The notes beneath the pieces were generated by a model. The model was given only the letters and a program-made list of their open reading frames with translations. It ran no database searches and was not told where the DNA came from. DNA of 64,000 nt, taken from assembly GCF_049060185.1 (NCBI RefSeq), contig NZ_JBMEQO010000002.1; one strand, written 5' to 3'. Position numbers and translations under genes: made by a program. Position 1 is the stretch's first letter, and every line of letters begins with the position of its first letter. Below, one piece after another: positions 36,912 through 46,595 of this stretch. Origin of the DNA: Nannocystis pusilla (GTDB lineage Bacteria; Myxococcota_A; Polyangia; Nannocystales; Nannocystaceae).

Positions 36912-38360
36912 ATGACCGTGAAGACATCCCCCTGTCCCTCGCGTCATCCCTCCTCCTGGCGGCCTGCTTCGACCCGGCCGGCAGCGACACGACCGGCACC
37001 GGCGGCAGCGACGGCCCGGCCACTACCAGCACCGCCACGGTCGGCACCGGGAGCACGAGCAGCGGCGACGGCGCGAGCACCAGCCTGGCGCCCACCGGGC
37101 CCACCAGCGGCGAGGAGGGCACCGTCACCCTCACCGGCGACACCTCGACCGGCCCTGGCACCACCGGCGAGCCCTGCGACCTCGACGTGTGCCCCTGCGA
37201 CAGCGCCACCGAGTGCCAGCCCGGCCAGCAGTGTCACGAGGGCGAGTGCGTCGAGTGCATCGACAGCGCCACCTGCAACGGCCGCGTGTGCGATCCCGTC
37301 GACCACGTCTGCCGCGCCTGCCGCGAGCACGGCGAGTGCCCGGGGACCGCCTGCGAGCTCGACGACGGCGTCTGCTTCCCGATCGACAGCACCAGCCACG
37401 CCTTCATCGACCCCGCGCTCGTCTGCGACGCCCAGTCCTGCACCAAAGAGCAGCCGTGCTGCTCGATCGGTCAGGCCATGAGCCAGCACCAGGACGCGGT
37501 GCACCTCGTCGTCCACCTGCTCCCCGGCACCTACTCGACCGGCGTCCACCTCGTGCAGGGCGGGCGCAAGATCGCCGTCCTCGGCAGCGAACTCACCACC
37601 TTCACCGTCGACGTCGAGCCCGCCGTCCTCCTCGGCGAGGAGATGCAGGACCTCGCCATCGACAGCGAGCTCTACGTCTCGCGGATCCGCATCGAGAACG
37701 GTCAAGGCGCCGCCGCGGTCCGTTGCCGGTCCTCCGCCCAGCTGTGGCTCGACGACGTCCGGATCGTCGCCTACGGCGGTCGCGCCATCTCGACCGCCGA
37801 CTGCACCACCGTGGTCCGCCGCAACCAGCTCGCGCAGAACGTCCACTCCATCCACATCGCCGAGGGCAGCACGTTGCGGCTCGAGAACACCCTCGTCGCC
37901 CACTTCAACATGGGCGCCGCGCTCGAGATCGGCAACGCCAGCACCGCGCACCTGCTCTACACCACGCTCGGCGACGTCACCCAGCACGAGTCGGGCCTGT
38001 TCGCCTGCCTCGACGGCACCGCCGGGCTCGACGCCCGCAACTCCGCGCTCTTGAGCCACGGCGTCGTCAACACCTTCTCCTGTGCTACCAGCGCGGCCCA
38101 GCTCGCGAACTCGGTCGTCAGCGCCTCGGAGCTGGAGAACGTCGACACCAACACCGGCGTCATCCAGCCGCAGGACGTCCCGCAGCTGTTCATGAACTGG
38201 AACGGCGGCGACCTGCACGTGTTCGGCGACGGCGGCCCGCTCGCCGGCGTCGCCCGCTGGAAGCAGGGCGACCCGCGGACCGACGTCGACGGCGATGCGC
38301 GGCCGCTGATGGACGGCGCGCCCGACGTCGCCGGCGGCGACCGCCCCCGGGTTGACCGTG
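36912..38360 (+). CDS. Lipoprotein with a Thr/Gly-rich linker, an N-terminal Cys-rich module and right-handed parallel beta-helix repeats (pectate-lyase-like fold). One frame change in the signal peptide; 3' end uncertain.
   Basis: MTVKTSP/LSLASSLLLAACFDPAGSD...; CDLDVCPCDSATECQPGQQCHEGECVECIDSATCNGRVCDPVDHVCRACREHGECPGTAC; repeated ...IRIENGQG..., ...HIAEGSTLRLENTLVA..., NMGAALEIGNASTAHLLYTTLG. Confidence 0.55.
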
Positions 38361-38580
38361 ACCTAACTCCGACCGGGTCGCCGCCGCCGCGGCCCGTTCG
38401 CGCAATCGATCGCCCCGTCGCGCCCGCGCACGCCCCTGTCGCCCGCCCGAAGCGCGTTTGCGCACCAGCCGCACATGCACTCGCATTGCAATTGCAGTCG
38501 GCTGACAACAGCGACTCGAGTGCGAGAGCGGTCCGCTCGCTTGACGGCCTCGGCCGGGATCTCTTAACCGTTCGATCCCG

Positions 38581-38946
38581 GTGCCACGCGCTCGCGCCAC
38601 GCTCTGCACCTGCCTCGCGGCGTGCCTGTGGGCCTCGCCGGGCCGCGCCGCGCCCGCGGTCGTCCCCCGAGCCCGCGGACCCGGGTCGACGCCGTCTATC
38701 CGCTCGCCGAGGCGCGCAGCGACGTCGTCGCGGTCGAGCTGGCCGTCACCGTCGAGGCCGACGGCCGGGTCGGCGCCGTCGAGGTGTTGAAGAGCGGCGG
38801 CGCGGCCTTCGACGACGCCGCCGTCGCCGCCGTCAAGCAGTGGCGGTTCGACCCGGCGCGCCGCGACGACGTCGCGGTGGCCGTCAAGATCCGCGTGCCC
38901 TTCAACTTCGCCCCGCCGGCCCAGCCCGCCGAGGCGCCCGCGGGTG
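38581..38946 (+). CDS. Signal peptide plus TonB C-terminal domain (TonB_C). It is probably the N-terminal part of a TonB_C-linker-TBDR fusion that continues through the repeat region into 39149..41211 (see findings). One frame change in the signal peptide.
   Basis: VPRARATLCTCLAACLWASPGRAAPAVVP then VDAVYPLAEARSDVVAVELAVTVEADGRVGAVEVLKSGGAAFDDAAVAAVKQWRFDPARRDDVAVAVKIRVPFNF. No stop codon before the repeat region. Confidence 0.5.
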
Positions 38947-39141
38947 AACCTGCCCCTTCGGCCAGCCAGCCGGGTCCGTCGCAACCTGCCCCTCCGGACA
39001 GCCAGCCGGGCCCTCCCAACCTGCCCCTCCGGCCAGCCAGCCAGCTTCACCCCAACCTGCCCCTTCGGCCAGCCCGTCTCAACCTGTCTCTCCGGACAGC
39101 GCGTCCCCCTCGTCAAAACCTGCCCCTTCGGCCAGCCAGCC
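38947..39141. repeat. Six tandem ~36-bp repeats (core AACCTGCCCCTYCGGMCAGCCAGCC) related to the REP-like palindrome family. In-frame they read as a Pro/Ala/Ser/Gln-rich linker (PAPSASQP-type) joining the TonB_C domain to the TBDR plug.
   Basis: The repeats are read in the sequence. Frame 0 reads EPAPSASQPGPSQPAPPDSQPGP. After a 1-nt shift the TBDR frame reads PSQPAPPASQPASPQPAPSASPSQPVSPDSASPSSKPAPSASQPEP and runs straight into the plug domain. Confidence 0.6.
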
Positions 39142-39148
39142 CGAGCCG

Positions 39149-41211
39149 GTGCTCGACGTCGCCGCGCGCAGCCGCCGGCCGCCGCCGCGGGCCGCCAGCG
39201 ACTTCGTGGTCGAGCGCGACGTCCTCGCCGCACCGCCGCGACAGAGCGCCGCCGACATGCTGAGCAGCGCCCCCGGCGTCTACGTCGCCCGGGCCGAGGG
39301 CGAGGCCGTCGCGCACGAGATCACCCTGCGCGGCTTCAACGCGGCGCACGGCCAGGACATCGAGATCACCGCCGGCGCCTTGCCGCTCAACCAGGTCTCG
39401 CACCTGCACGGCCAGGGCTACGCCGACCTCAACTGGATCGTCCCCGAGACCGTGCGATCGATCCGCGTCACCGAGGGCGTCTACGACCCGCGGCAGGGCG
39501 ACTTCGCGGTCGCCGGCAGCATCGACTTCGACCTCGCCGTCCCGCGCCGCGGCATCCAGCTGCGCAGCACCGGCGGCTCCTTCGCCACCTTCCGCCAGCT
39601 CGTCCTGTGGGCCCCCAAGGGCCAGGACGACGAGACCTTCGCCGCCGCCGCGGTCCGCCGCACCCGCGGCTTCGGCATGAACCGCGGCGGCCTCTCGGGC
39701 ATGGCCATGGGCCAGTTCGCCTTCTCGGCCGCGGGCGGCTGGCGCGGCAAGGTCCACGTCGCCGCCTACGCCGCGCGGGCCGGCCTCGCCGGCGTCCTGC
39801 GCCGCGACGACGTCGCCGCCGGGGCCGTCGGCTTCTACGACAGCTACGGCGACCCCTCGGCCAACAGTCAGTCCGCCTCGGCCGCGCGCGGCCACCTCCC
39901 TCGAGCTCGAGCGCCGCGGCGAGGGCGGGGCGGTCACCCGCATGGCCGTGTGGACCGCCCTCGTCGACTTCCACAGCCGCGAGAACTTCACCGGCTACAC
40001 CCAGCGCGGCGTCGTCATGCCGCAGTGGGTCGGCCGCGGCGACCTCATCGAGCAGCAGAACCGCGACTTCGGCGGCGGCATGCGCCTGTCCCATCGGACA
40101 GCCGGCTGGCGCCCCGCCCCGTGGTTCCACGCCGCCCTCGAGGTCGGCGCGGCCGCCCGAATCCACAACATCCAGCAGGCGCAGAACCTGCTGCAGGCGC
40201 CGCAGAACGAGACCTGGGACCGGCGCGTCGACGCCACCGTGCTCGCCAGCGACGTCGGCCTCTACGGCGACCTCGACCTCCGCTTCGGCAAGCGCGTGCG
40301 CCTGCGCGGCGGCGGCCGGGCCGACGTCCTCCACTACGACATCGACGATCGCCTCGGCAACTTCATCGCCCCCTACCAGATCGAGAGCCACCTCGTCGGC
40401 CACCGCCGCACCGCCACCGGCGTCGCCGCCGGCCCGCGCGTCAGCCTCGAGGTCGCGCCTGTCCCTTGGGTCAGCCTGTTCGCCGCCTACGGCCAGGGTT
40501 ACCGCTCGCCGCAGGCGCGCCAGCTCGACGAGGGCGAGCGGGCCCCGTTCGCCAAGGTCCACAGCACCGAGGGTGGCGTGCGCATGAGCCCGCTCGGCGG
40601 CCGCCTCCAGCTCAGCGCCGCCGGCTTCGCCACCTTCCTCGCCCAGGACCTCGCCTTCGACCCCGAGGAGGGCCGGCTCGAGAAGGTCGGTCCGACGCGG
40701 CGGGCCGGCGCCGCGGTCCAGCTCATCGCGCGTCCGCTGCCGTGGCTGGTCGCCGCCGGCAGCGTCACCTACGTCCACGCCGTCCTGCGCGCCCCGCCGC
40801 CGGCCACCGCCGAGAACCCCTCCCCGCCCTACGTCCCCGGCCAGCTGCTGCCCTACGTCCCGCCGGTGGTCGTGCGCGCCGACATCGGCCTCGACAAGGA
40901 CCTCGTCGAGCTCAAGGGTCGCCCGCTCGGCCTGCGCGTCGGCCTCGGCTACTCCTACCTGTCCCCGCGGCCATTGCCCTACGGACAGTTCGCCGACCCC
41001 GTCCACCTCCTCGACGCCAGCGCCGCCGTGCGCTGGTCGGTCGTCGAGGTCGGCGTCGAGGCCTTCAACCTGCTGGCGCGCCGCTGGGCCGCCACCGAGT
41101 ACAACTTCGTGTCCGACTGGGGCACCCGCCCGATCCTCCCTCCTGCCCGCCCGCCACTTCGCCGCCGGCCCCCCGCTCAGCGTCATGGGCACCCTCACTT
41201 TGCACTTCTAG
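39149..41211 (+). CDS. TonB-dependent outer-membrane receptor (plug + 22-strand barrel, ends ...TLTLHF). There is no signal peptide of its own at the annotated start, so it probably continues from 38581. At least 4 frame changes.
   Basis: Plug: DMLSSAPGVYVARAEGEAVAHEITLRGFNAAHGQDIEI. Barrel segments from ORFs 39149.. and 39942... C-terminal aromatic residue followed by a stop. Confidence 0.75.
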
Positions 41212-41271
41212 CCGCCTGTCCCTCCGCGCCTGCCCCTTCGCACCTGTTCATTTCACCCGGTCCTTTCGCGC

Positions 41272-42000
41272 ATGTCCCTCCGACCAGCCATGATCCTCCT
41301 GCTCTGCGCCGCCTGCGGCGCGACCGGCGAGCCGGCCTTTCAGGCCCCGCTGCGGGCGCGCGGGGCCGCGGCCGGGCTGGCCGTGGGTGCCTGGACAGTG
41401 ACCCTCACGCGGGCAGAAGTCGGCCTCGGCCCGCTCTACCTGTGCGCCACCGCGGCCGCCTCCTCCGAGCTGTGCGCCACCGCGGCCGCCGAGTTCGCGG
41501 CAGCCGCCCCCGTCGACCTGCTCGACCTCGACCCCCAGCCGCTCGGCGAGCTCGACGTCCTGCCCGGCCAGGTGCGCTCGGCCATGCTCGACTACGGCGT
41601 CACCTGGCTCAAGACGCAGGCCAAGCCGGGCGCCCAGGACGGCGCGCCGGGCGGGCGCGCGGCCCGGTTCGCCGGCACGGCTGTCTCTGCGGACATGTCC
41701 TTCGAGTTCACCGCCGACCTCGACGTCGCCCCCGTGCTCCGCGGCAGCCGCACCATCGAGGGCCTGCGGGTAGGCCCCTTCGACCTGGACGTCGGCGGCG
41801 CGCTCGACGTCACGATCGACGGCGCCGCCTGGTGGGCCGGCGTCGACTTCGACGCCCTCGCCGCGCTCGGCCCCGGCCCCCACGACCTCGCCGCCCTGGC
41901 CGCCGAAGATCCGGCCTCGCCCGCCGCCGACGCCCTGGCCGCCGTCCGCTTCGCCATGATCGCAGTCCCGCCGCGGTTCGCCTGGACCGCCGAAGAATGA
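41272..42000 (+). CDS. Lipoprotein of unknown function (242 aa, MSLRPAMILLLCAACGATG...), directly upstream of exbB.
   Basis: Intact ORF with a signal peptide. Confidence 0.6.
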   Translation: MSLRPAMILLLCAACGATGEPAFQAPLRARGAAAGLAVGAWTVTLTRAEVGLGPLYLCATAAASSELCATAAAEFAAAAPVDLLDLDPQPLGELDVLPGQVRSAMLDYGVTWLKTQAKPGAQDGAPGGRAARFAGTAVSADMSFEFTADLDVAPVLRGSRTIEGLRVGPFDLDVGGALDVTIDGAAWWAGVDFDALAALGPGPHDLAALAAEDPASPAADALAAVRFAMIAVPPRFAWTAEE

Positions 42001-42004
42001 CCCC

Positions 42005-42694
42005 ATGACCCCGATCGACGCCCTCCAGCAGCTCTTCCTCCGCGCCGGCGCCGGCTGGGTGCTGTGGCTGCTCGGCCTGCTCTCGCTCGTCAGCGTCGCC
42101 CTCACCGTCGAGCGCTGGCTGGTCCTGCGCGCCCGCGGCGGCGACCTCCGCGTGCTCGCCGGCCGCGTCGCCGTCCTCCTGCAGGCCGGCGACCGCGACG
42201 GCGCCCTGCGCCTGCTCGCCGCCTCGCCGAGCGTCGCCGCGGCGATCGCCGCCGCCGGCCTGCGCCTCGCCGACCGCGGGCCCAAGGCCGCCGAGTACGC
42301 CATGCAGAGCGCCCTCGCCCTCGAGCGCGGCCAGCTCGAGCGCGGCCTTATCTTCCTCGGCACCCTCGGCAACAACGCCCCGTTCGTCGGCCTGCTCGGC
42401 ACCGTCATCGGTGTCATCGCCGCCTTCGAGGAGCTCGGCCACGCCGCCCCCGGCCACGGCGGGGGCACCGGCGCCGCCTCTCAGGTCGCCTCCAACGCCG
42501 TCATGTCGAGCATCGCCGAGGCCCTCGTCGCCACCGCAGTCGGCCTCCTCGTGGCCCTCCCCGCCGTCGCCGCCTACAACGCCTTCCAGCGCAAAATCAC
42601 CTCGCTGTGCCAGGGCAGCGAGGCCCTCACCAACCTCGTCCTCGCGTACATGTCCGATACGACAGGTCCCGAAGACCAGCCGGAGGTGCGCTGA
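42005..42694 (+). CDS. exbB: ExbB/TolQ/MotA-family proton-channel protein.
   Basis: Three TMs, ...FLGTLGNNAPFVGLLGTVIGVIAAF...; intact 229 aa. Confidence 0.8.
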   Translation: MTPIDALQQLFLRAGAGWVLWLLGLLSLVSVALTVERWLVLRARGGDLRVLAGRVAVLLQAGDRDGALRLLAASPSVAAAIAAAGLRLADRGPKAAEYAMQSALALERGQLERGLIFLGTLGNNAPFVGLLGTVIGVIAAFEELGHAAPGHGGGTGAASQVASNAVMSSIAEALVATAVGLLVALPAVAAYNAFQRKITSLCQGSEALTNLVLAYMSDTTGPEDQPEVR

Positions 42695-43132
42695 TGGCCG
42701 GCCACAGCAGCGGCGACCCGGGCGGCATGATCGTCGGCATCAACGTCACGCCGATGGTCGACATCGTCCTGGTGCTGCTCATCATCTTCATCGTCACCGC
42801 CAAGATCATCGTCACCCCCGCGGTCGAGATGGACCTGCCGGAGGCCAGCACCGCCGGCGAGGTCCAGGTCGTCCTGTCGGTGATCGTCCCCGAGCGCGGC
42901 GCCACCCTCGTCGACGGCGAGCCGATCGCCGGCGACGACGAGCTCGTCACCCGCGCCGCGTCGGTGCGCGCCCGCAGCCCGCAGGTCCGCGCCGTCATCC
43001 ACGCCGACGGCGAGGTCCCCCACCGCCGCGTGATCGCCACCATCGACGCCCTCCAGCGCGGCGGCGTCTACCGCGTCGCCTTCGCCACCCTGTCCCCGGG
43101 CCCGCCCCCACCGGCCAGGAGGCGACGCCGTG
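42694..43132 (+). CDS. exbD: ExbD/TolR-family protein. Its ATG overlaps the exbB stop (TGATG). One frame change near the 3' end.
   Basis: MAGHSSGDPGGMIVGINVTPMVDIVLVLLIIFIVT...VQVVLSV.... Confidence 0.8.
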
Positions 43133-43564
43133 ACCCGGCCGTCGCATCACATGTCCTTCGGGACATCCCCCACCGCGCCCGACACGGCTCGTCACCTGTC
43201 CCTCGAGCCATCCTCCCTCCCGCTCGACCAGGCGCCCGCGCGAGCCCTGCCGCGAGCCCTCGCCCGAGCGAGCGCCGCCACGCCTCGTCACCTGTCCCTC
43301 GGACCATCCTCCGTCGCGCGAGCTCAGGCGCTCGCCCGAGCCCTCGCCCGAGCGAGCGCCGCCGCCGCCGCTCTCCACCTGTCCCTCGGGCCACCCTCGG
43401 TCGCACGAGCTCAGGCGTCCGCGCGAGCCCTGCGGCGAGCCCTCGCCACTGCGACTCGCCACCTGTCCCTCGGGCCATGCTCCCCCGCGCGAGCCCTGCC
43501 GCGCGCGAGCGCCGCCGCGCCTCACCTGTCTTTCAAGACATCCTCAGCGGAGGTCTGCGCGTGA
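43130..43564 (+). CDS. Candidate 144-aa Ala/Arg-rich repeat protein, translationally coupled between exbD and tonB. Five degenerate repeats, each starting RHLSLGP... and each carrying a REP-like palindrome (CACCTGTCCCTCGGGCCA).
   Basis: AGGAGG lies 7 nt before the GTG start. Its stop overlaps the tonB GTG (GTGA). The repeat periods are 96, 87, 84 and 63 nt, all multiples of 3. Confidence 0.45.
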   Translation: MTRPSHHMSFGTSPTAPDTARHLSLEPSSLPLDQAPARALPRALARASAATPRHLSLGPSSVARAQALARALARASAAAAALHLSLGPPSVARAQASARALRRALATATRHLSLGPCSPARALPRASAAAPHLSFKTSSAEVCA

Positions 43565-44392
43565 CTCGGCCGGGCATCGCCGCCCAGGTGTTCGCCGCCG
43601 CCGCGCCGCCGGCCTCGCGGCGGCACCAAGCGATCATCGTCGCCGTCCTCCTGCACCTCGGCGTCGCGGTGATGATCTTGCGGGCCCAGCCCACGCTGGA
43701 GACCTGGAGCGCCACCATGGCCGCGCGCGTCCACGACGAGCTGACCCGCCTGCAGCTCGCCGACGTCGAGCGCACCGAGCCCCGCCTCCGCCGCCCGAGC
43801 CGCCGCCCTCCGAGCCCCCGCCGCCTGCCAGCGAGCCGGCCCCCGCCGTCGCCGCGGCCCCACCCGCGCCTGCACGACCGGCCCGGCCCGCCCGCGCGCG
43901 CCGGCAAGATCGTCGCCGCCCCGCCGGGCGCCCTCGACCTCACCGGCGACGTCGTCGTCGTCGGCAACGCCAGCGCCTACGTCGGCGGCGCCACCAGCTC
44001 GACCGGCACCGGCACCAAACCTGTCCCGAACGCCAGCTCGGAGCCATCCCCCGCGCCGCCGCCCGCGCCGCCCGCGAGCTCTCCGCCCGCCTCCCCGGCG
44101 CCGTCGATCGCTCGCGCCCGGTCGCCCTCGCCAGCAGCGAGTGGAACTGCCCCTGGCCGCTCGAGGCTGACGGTCTGGCGCTCGACGAACAGGTCGCCAC
44201 GATCCGCGTCGCCGTCGACGCCCGCGGCGTCGTCGAGTCCGCCGAGCTCGTCACCGACCCCGGCGACGGCTTCGGCGCAGCCGCCCTCGCCTGCGCCCGC
44301 CGGACCCGCTTCACCCCGCCCTCGACCGCGACGGCCGCCCGGTCCGCGCCCGCTCGCCTGCCATCCGCGTCCACTTCACCCGCGACCGCTGA
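43561..44392 (+). CDS. tonB: TonB-family energy transducer (N-terminal TM, Pro-rich spacer, C-terminal TonB_C). At least 3 frame changes.
   Basis: RHQAIIVAVLLHLGVAVMIL...; PPPPEPPPSEPPPPASEPAP; C-terminus EWNCPWPLEADGLALDEQVATIRVAVDARGVVESAELVTDPGDGFGAAALACARRTRFTP. Confidence 0.7.
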
Positions 44393-44460
44393 TCCCGCCT
44401 GCACTTCGAGACATGTCCTGAAGACCACTCGCACGTTCACACGTCGTCACCGCCCCGCCC

Positions 44461-44778
44461 ATGCTCGACCCGCAGCCACCGACTTCGAAGCCGCGCCGCC
44501 TCGCCCCGCTGGGCGTCGCGCTGCTGCTGCTCACGTGTCGCTCGGAGCGGGCCGGCGCTGACGACTGCGCCGTCATCCTCGACCGGATCGTCGCCCTCGA
44601 GCTCGCCGAGCAGGGCTACCGCGATCCCGAGCTCACGCGGCGCAAGCAGCAGGAGTTCGCGCGGCGGTTCGTCCCCGAGCTGCAGCGCTGCGAGGGCCTG
44701 TCGCTCCCGCCGGGCGCGCGCGAGTGCATCGCGCGGGCCGGCTCGGCCGAGGAGATCAGCCACGTCTGCCTGCGCTGA
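44461..44778 (+). CDS. Small lipoprotein of unknown function (105 aa, ...LGVALLLLTC...).
   Basis: Intact ORF with a signal peptide and 4 Cys residues. Confidence 0.5.
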   Translation: MLDPQPPTSKPRRLAPLGVALLLLTCRSERAGADDCAVILDRIVALELAEQGYRDPELTRRKQQEFARRFVPELQRCEGLSLPPGARECIARAGSAEEISHVCLR

Positions 44779-44929
44779 CGCGCGTCCACGCGCCGCGCCG
44801 CGGCCCCGCGCTCACCTCTTCCGTTCACCTGTCCTTTCAGACAGGCCTCAAGCGCCGCCGCTGCGGCTCCCTGGCCCCACGGACCGCGGTTGACAACGCG
44901 ATCGCGCGGGCCGCAGACTGCGGATCGCC

Positions 44930-45623
44930 ATGGGGAAGCCGGCCACCGCGCTCGTCGTCGCGCTCCTGCTCGCCGCCTGCAAGTCGGAGCCCGGGGACGA
45001 GAGCACCGGCAGCGGCAGCGACGGCAGCAGCACGACCACGACCTCCGCCGCCACGACCCCGGGGCCCACCACCGCCGGGCCCTCCACCGCCGAGCTCACC
45101 ACCACGTCGACCACCTCCGTCGACACCGAGACCTCGACCACCGGCGTCGACGAGGCGCTGTGCGCCGACTACTGCGCCGACGTCATGACGAACTGTCTCG
45201 ACCCGCAGGCCCAGTACCCCAACGCCGACAGCTGCAAGCGCGCCTGCGCCAGCTTCCCCCGGCGCGCGTGGTGACGTCTCGGGCAACAGCTACGCCTGCC
45301 GCCGCTACCACACCGACGCCGCCGCCATGGACGCGGCGACCCACTGCGTCCACGCCGGCCCGAGCGGCGGCGGCGCCTGCGGCGACAACTGCGACGGCTT
45401 CTGCGCCCTCGCGGTGTCCGTCTGCCCGGGCGAGCACCCGAGCCTCGATGCCTGCCTCGCCACCTGCGCCGGCTTCACCGACGACGAGAAGTTCGACACG
45501 GGAGACGTCGCCGGCGACACCCTCGCCTGCCGCCTCTACCACCTCACCGTCGCGGCCACCGGCGAGACCGACGCCGCGGTGCACTGCCCGCACACCCTCC
45601 AGGACTCCCCGCCCTGCATGTAA
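44930..45623 (+). CDS. Cys-rich lipoprotein, paralogue A (MGKPATALVVALLLAACKSEP; Thr-rich linker; two Cys-rich repeats ending ...HCPHTLQDSPPCM). One frame change.
   Basis: The conserved Cys pattern is shared with 45675..46429. Confidence 0.55.
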
Positions 45624-45674
45624 AGACATGTCCCTTCAACCATGCCGGTTCACGCCGCCACGCAAGGCCCACGC

Positions 45675-46429
45675 ATGACCTCTCGCGCCTACCTTCCCTC
45701 CTCGTTACCCTCCTGTTCCCCGCCTGCTTCGACGACTCGCGCGGTGACGACACCGGCTCGACCGTCAGCACCACGGTCATGACCACGACCGCGACCCAGG
45801 TCAGCGGCGACGTCACGACCACCACGACGACCACCACCTCCACGACCGACTGGACCTCCGGCGAGCCCACCACCTCGACCACCACCAGCGACGTCGATCC
45901 GCTCACCAGCACCAGCGACCCGACCACCGGCACCTCGAGCACCGGCGGCGACACCAACGTCGGCTGCCAGATGTACTGCGCGGCGATGATGGGCAGCTGC
46001 ACCGGCGCCAACGCCCAGTACCCGAGCAACGAAAGCTGCCTCGGCGCCTGCGGCGGCCTCCCGCCGGGCTCGCCGGGCGAGACCTCCGGCAACTCGCTGT
46101 CGTGCCGGGCCTACCACGCCGGCATGGCCTCGATCGATCCGGGCGTCCACTGCATCCACGCCGGCCCCAGCGGCGCCGGCGCGTGCGGCCAGAGCTGCGA
46201 GGGCTTCTGCGCCATCGCCACCTCGATCTGCCCGACCGAGCACCCGAGCCCCGGCGACTGCATGGCCACCTGCGCCAACTTCATGGACACCGAGCCGTAC
46301 AACACCGAGGACGCCGCCGGCAACACCCTCGCCTGCCGCCTCTACCACCTCACGATCGCCGCCACCGGCCCGGCCGAGGCCCAGGTCCACTGCGGTCACA
46401 CCATCGAGGCCTCGCCGCCCTGCATGTGA
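45675..46429 (+). CDS. Cys-rich lipoprotein, paralogue B (MTSRA/LPSLLVTLLFPACFDD...; poly-Thr linker; ...HCGHTIEASPPCM). One frame change in the signal peptide.
   Basis: About 60% identical to paralogue A across the Cys-rich domain (ACRLYHLT(I/V)AATG, HC(I/V)HAGPSG(A/G)GACG). Confidence 0.55.
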
Positions 46430-46495
46430 CCCGAAGGGCAGGTCCTCCGGGGCATGTCCCAGCGGGCAGACCCTTCAGGACATGCTCCCGAGGCC
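46430..46495. repeat. REP-like palindrome cluster (3 units) between convergent genes.
   Basis: gggcaggtcctccggggcatgtcccagcgggcagacccttcaggacatgctc. Confidence 0.6.
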
Positions 46496-46595
46496 AGGTT
46501 CCGGCGCCCGCTCAAGACCGCGGAGCGCCCCAGTACCGAAGGCCGCGGCCGCCGCTCCACGGAGCGTCGGCACGCGGCCTTCGTCACTCCCGCCC

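Noticed and set aside
38947-39141. Possible CRISPR array (also at 60721..60860 and 43140..43560)
   Set aside because: The spacers are only 6-17 bp. The repeat units are degenerate and palindromic. No cas genes are present. The arrays fit REP/BIME-like elements or an in-frame coding linker better.
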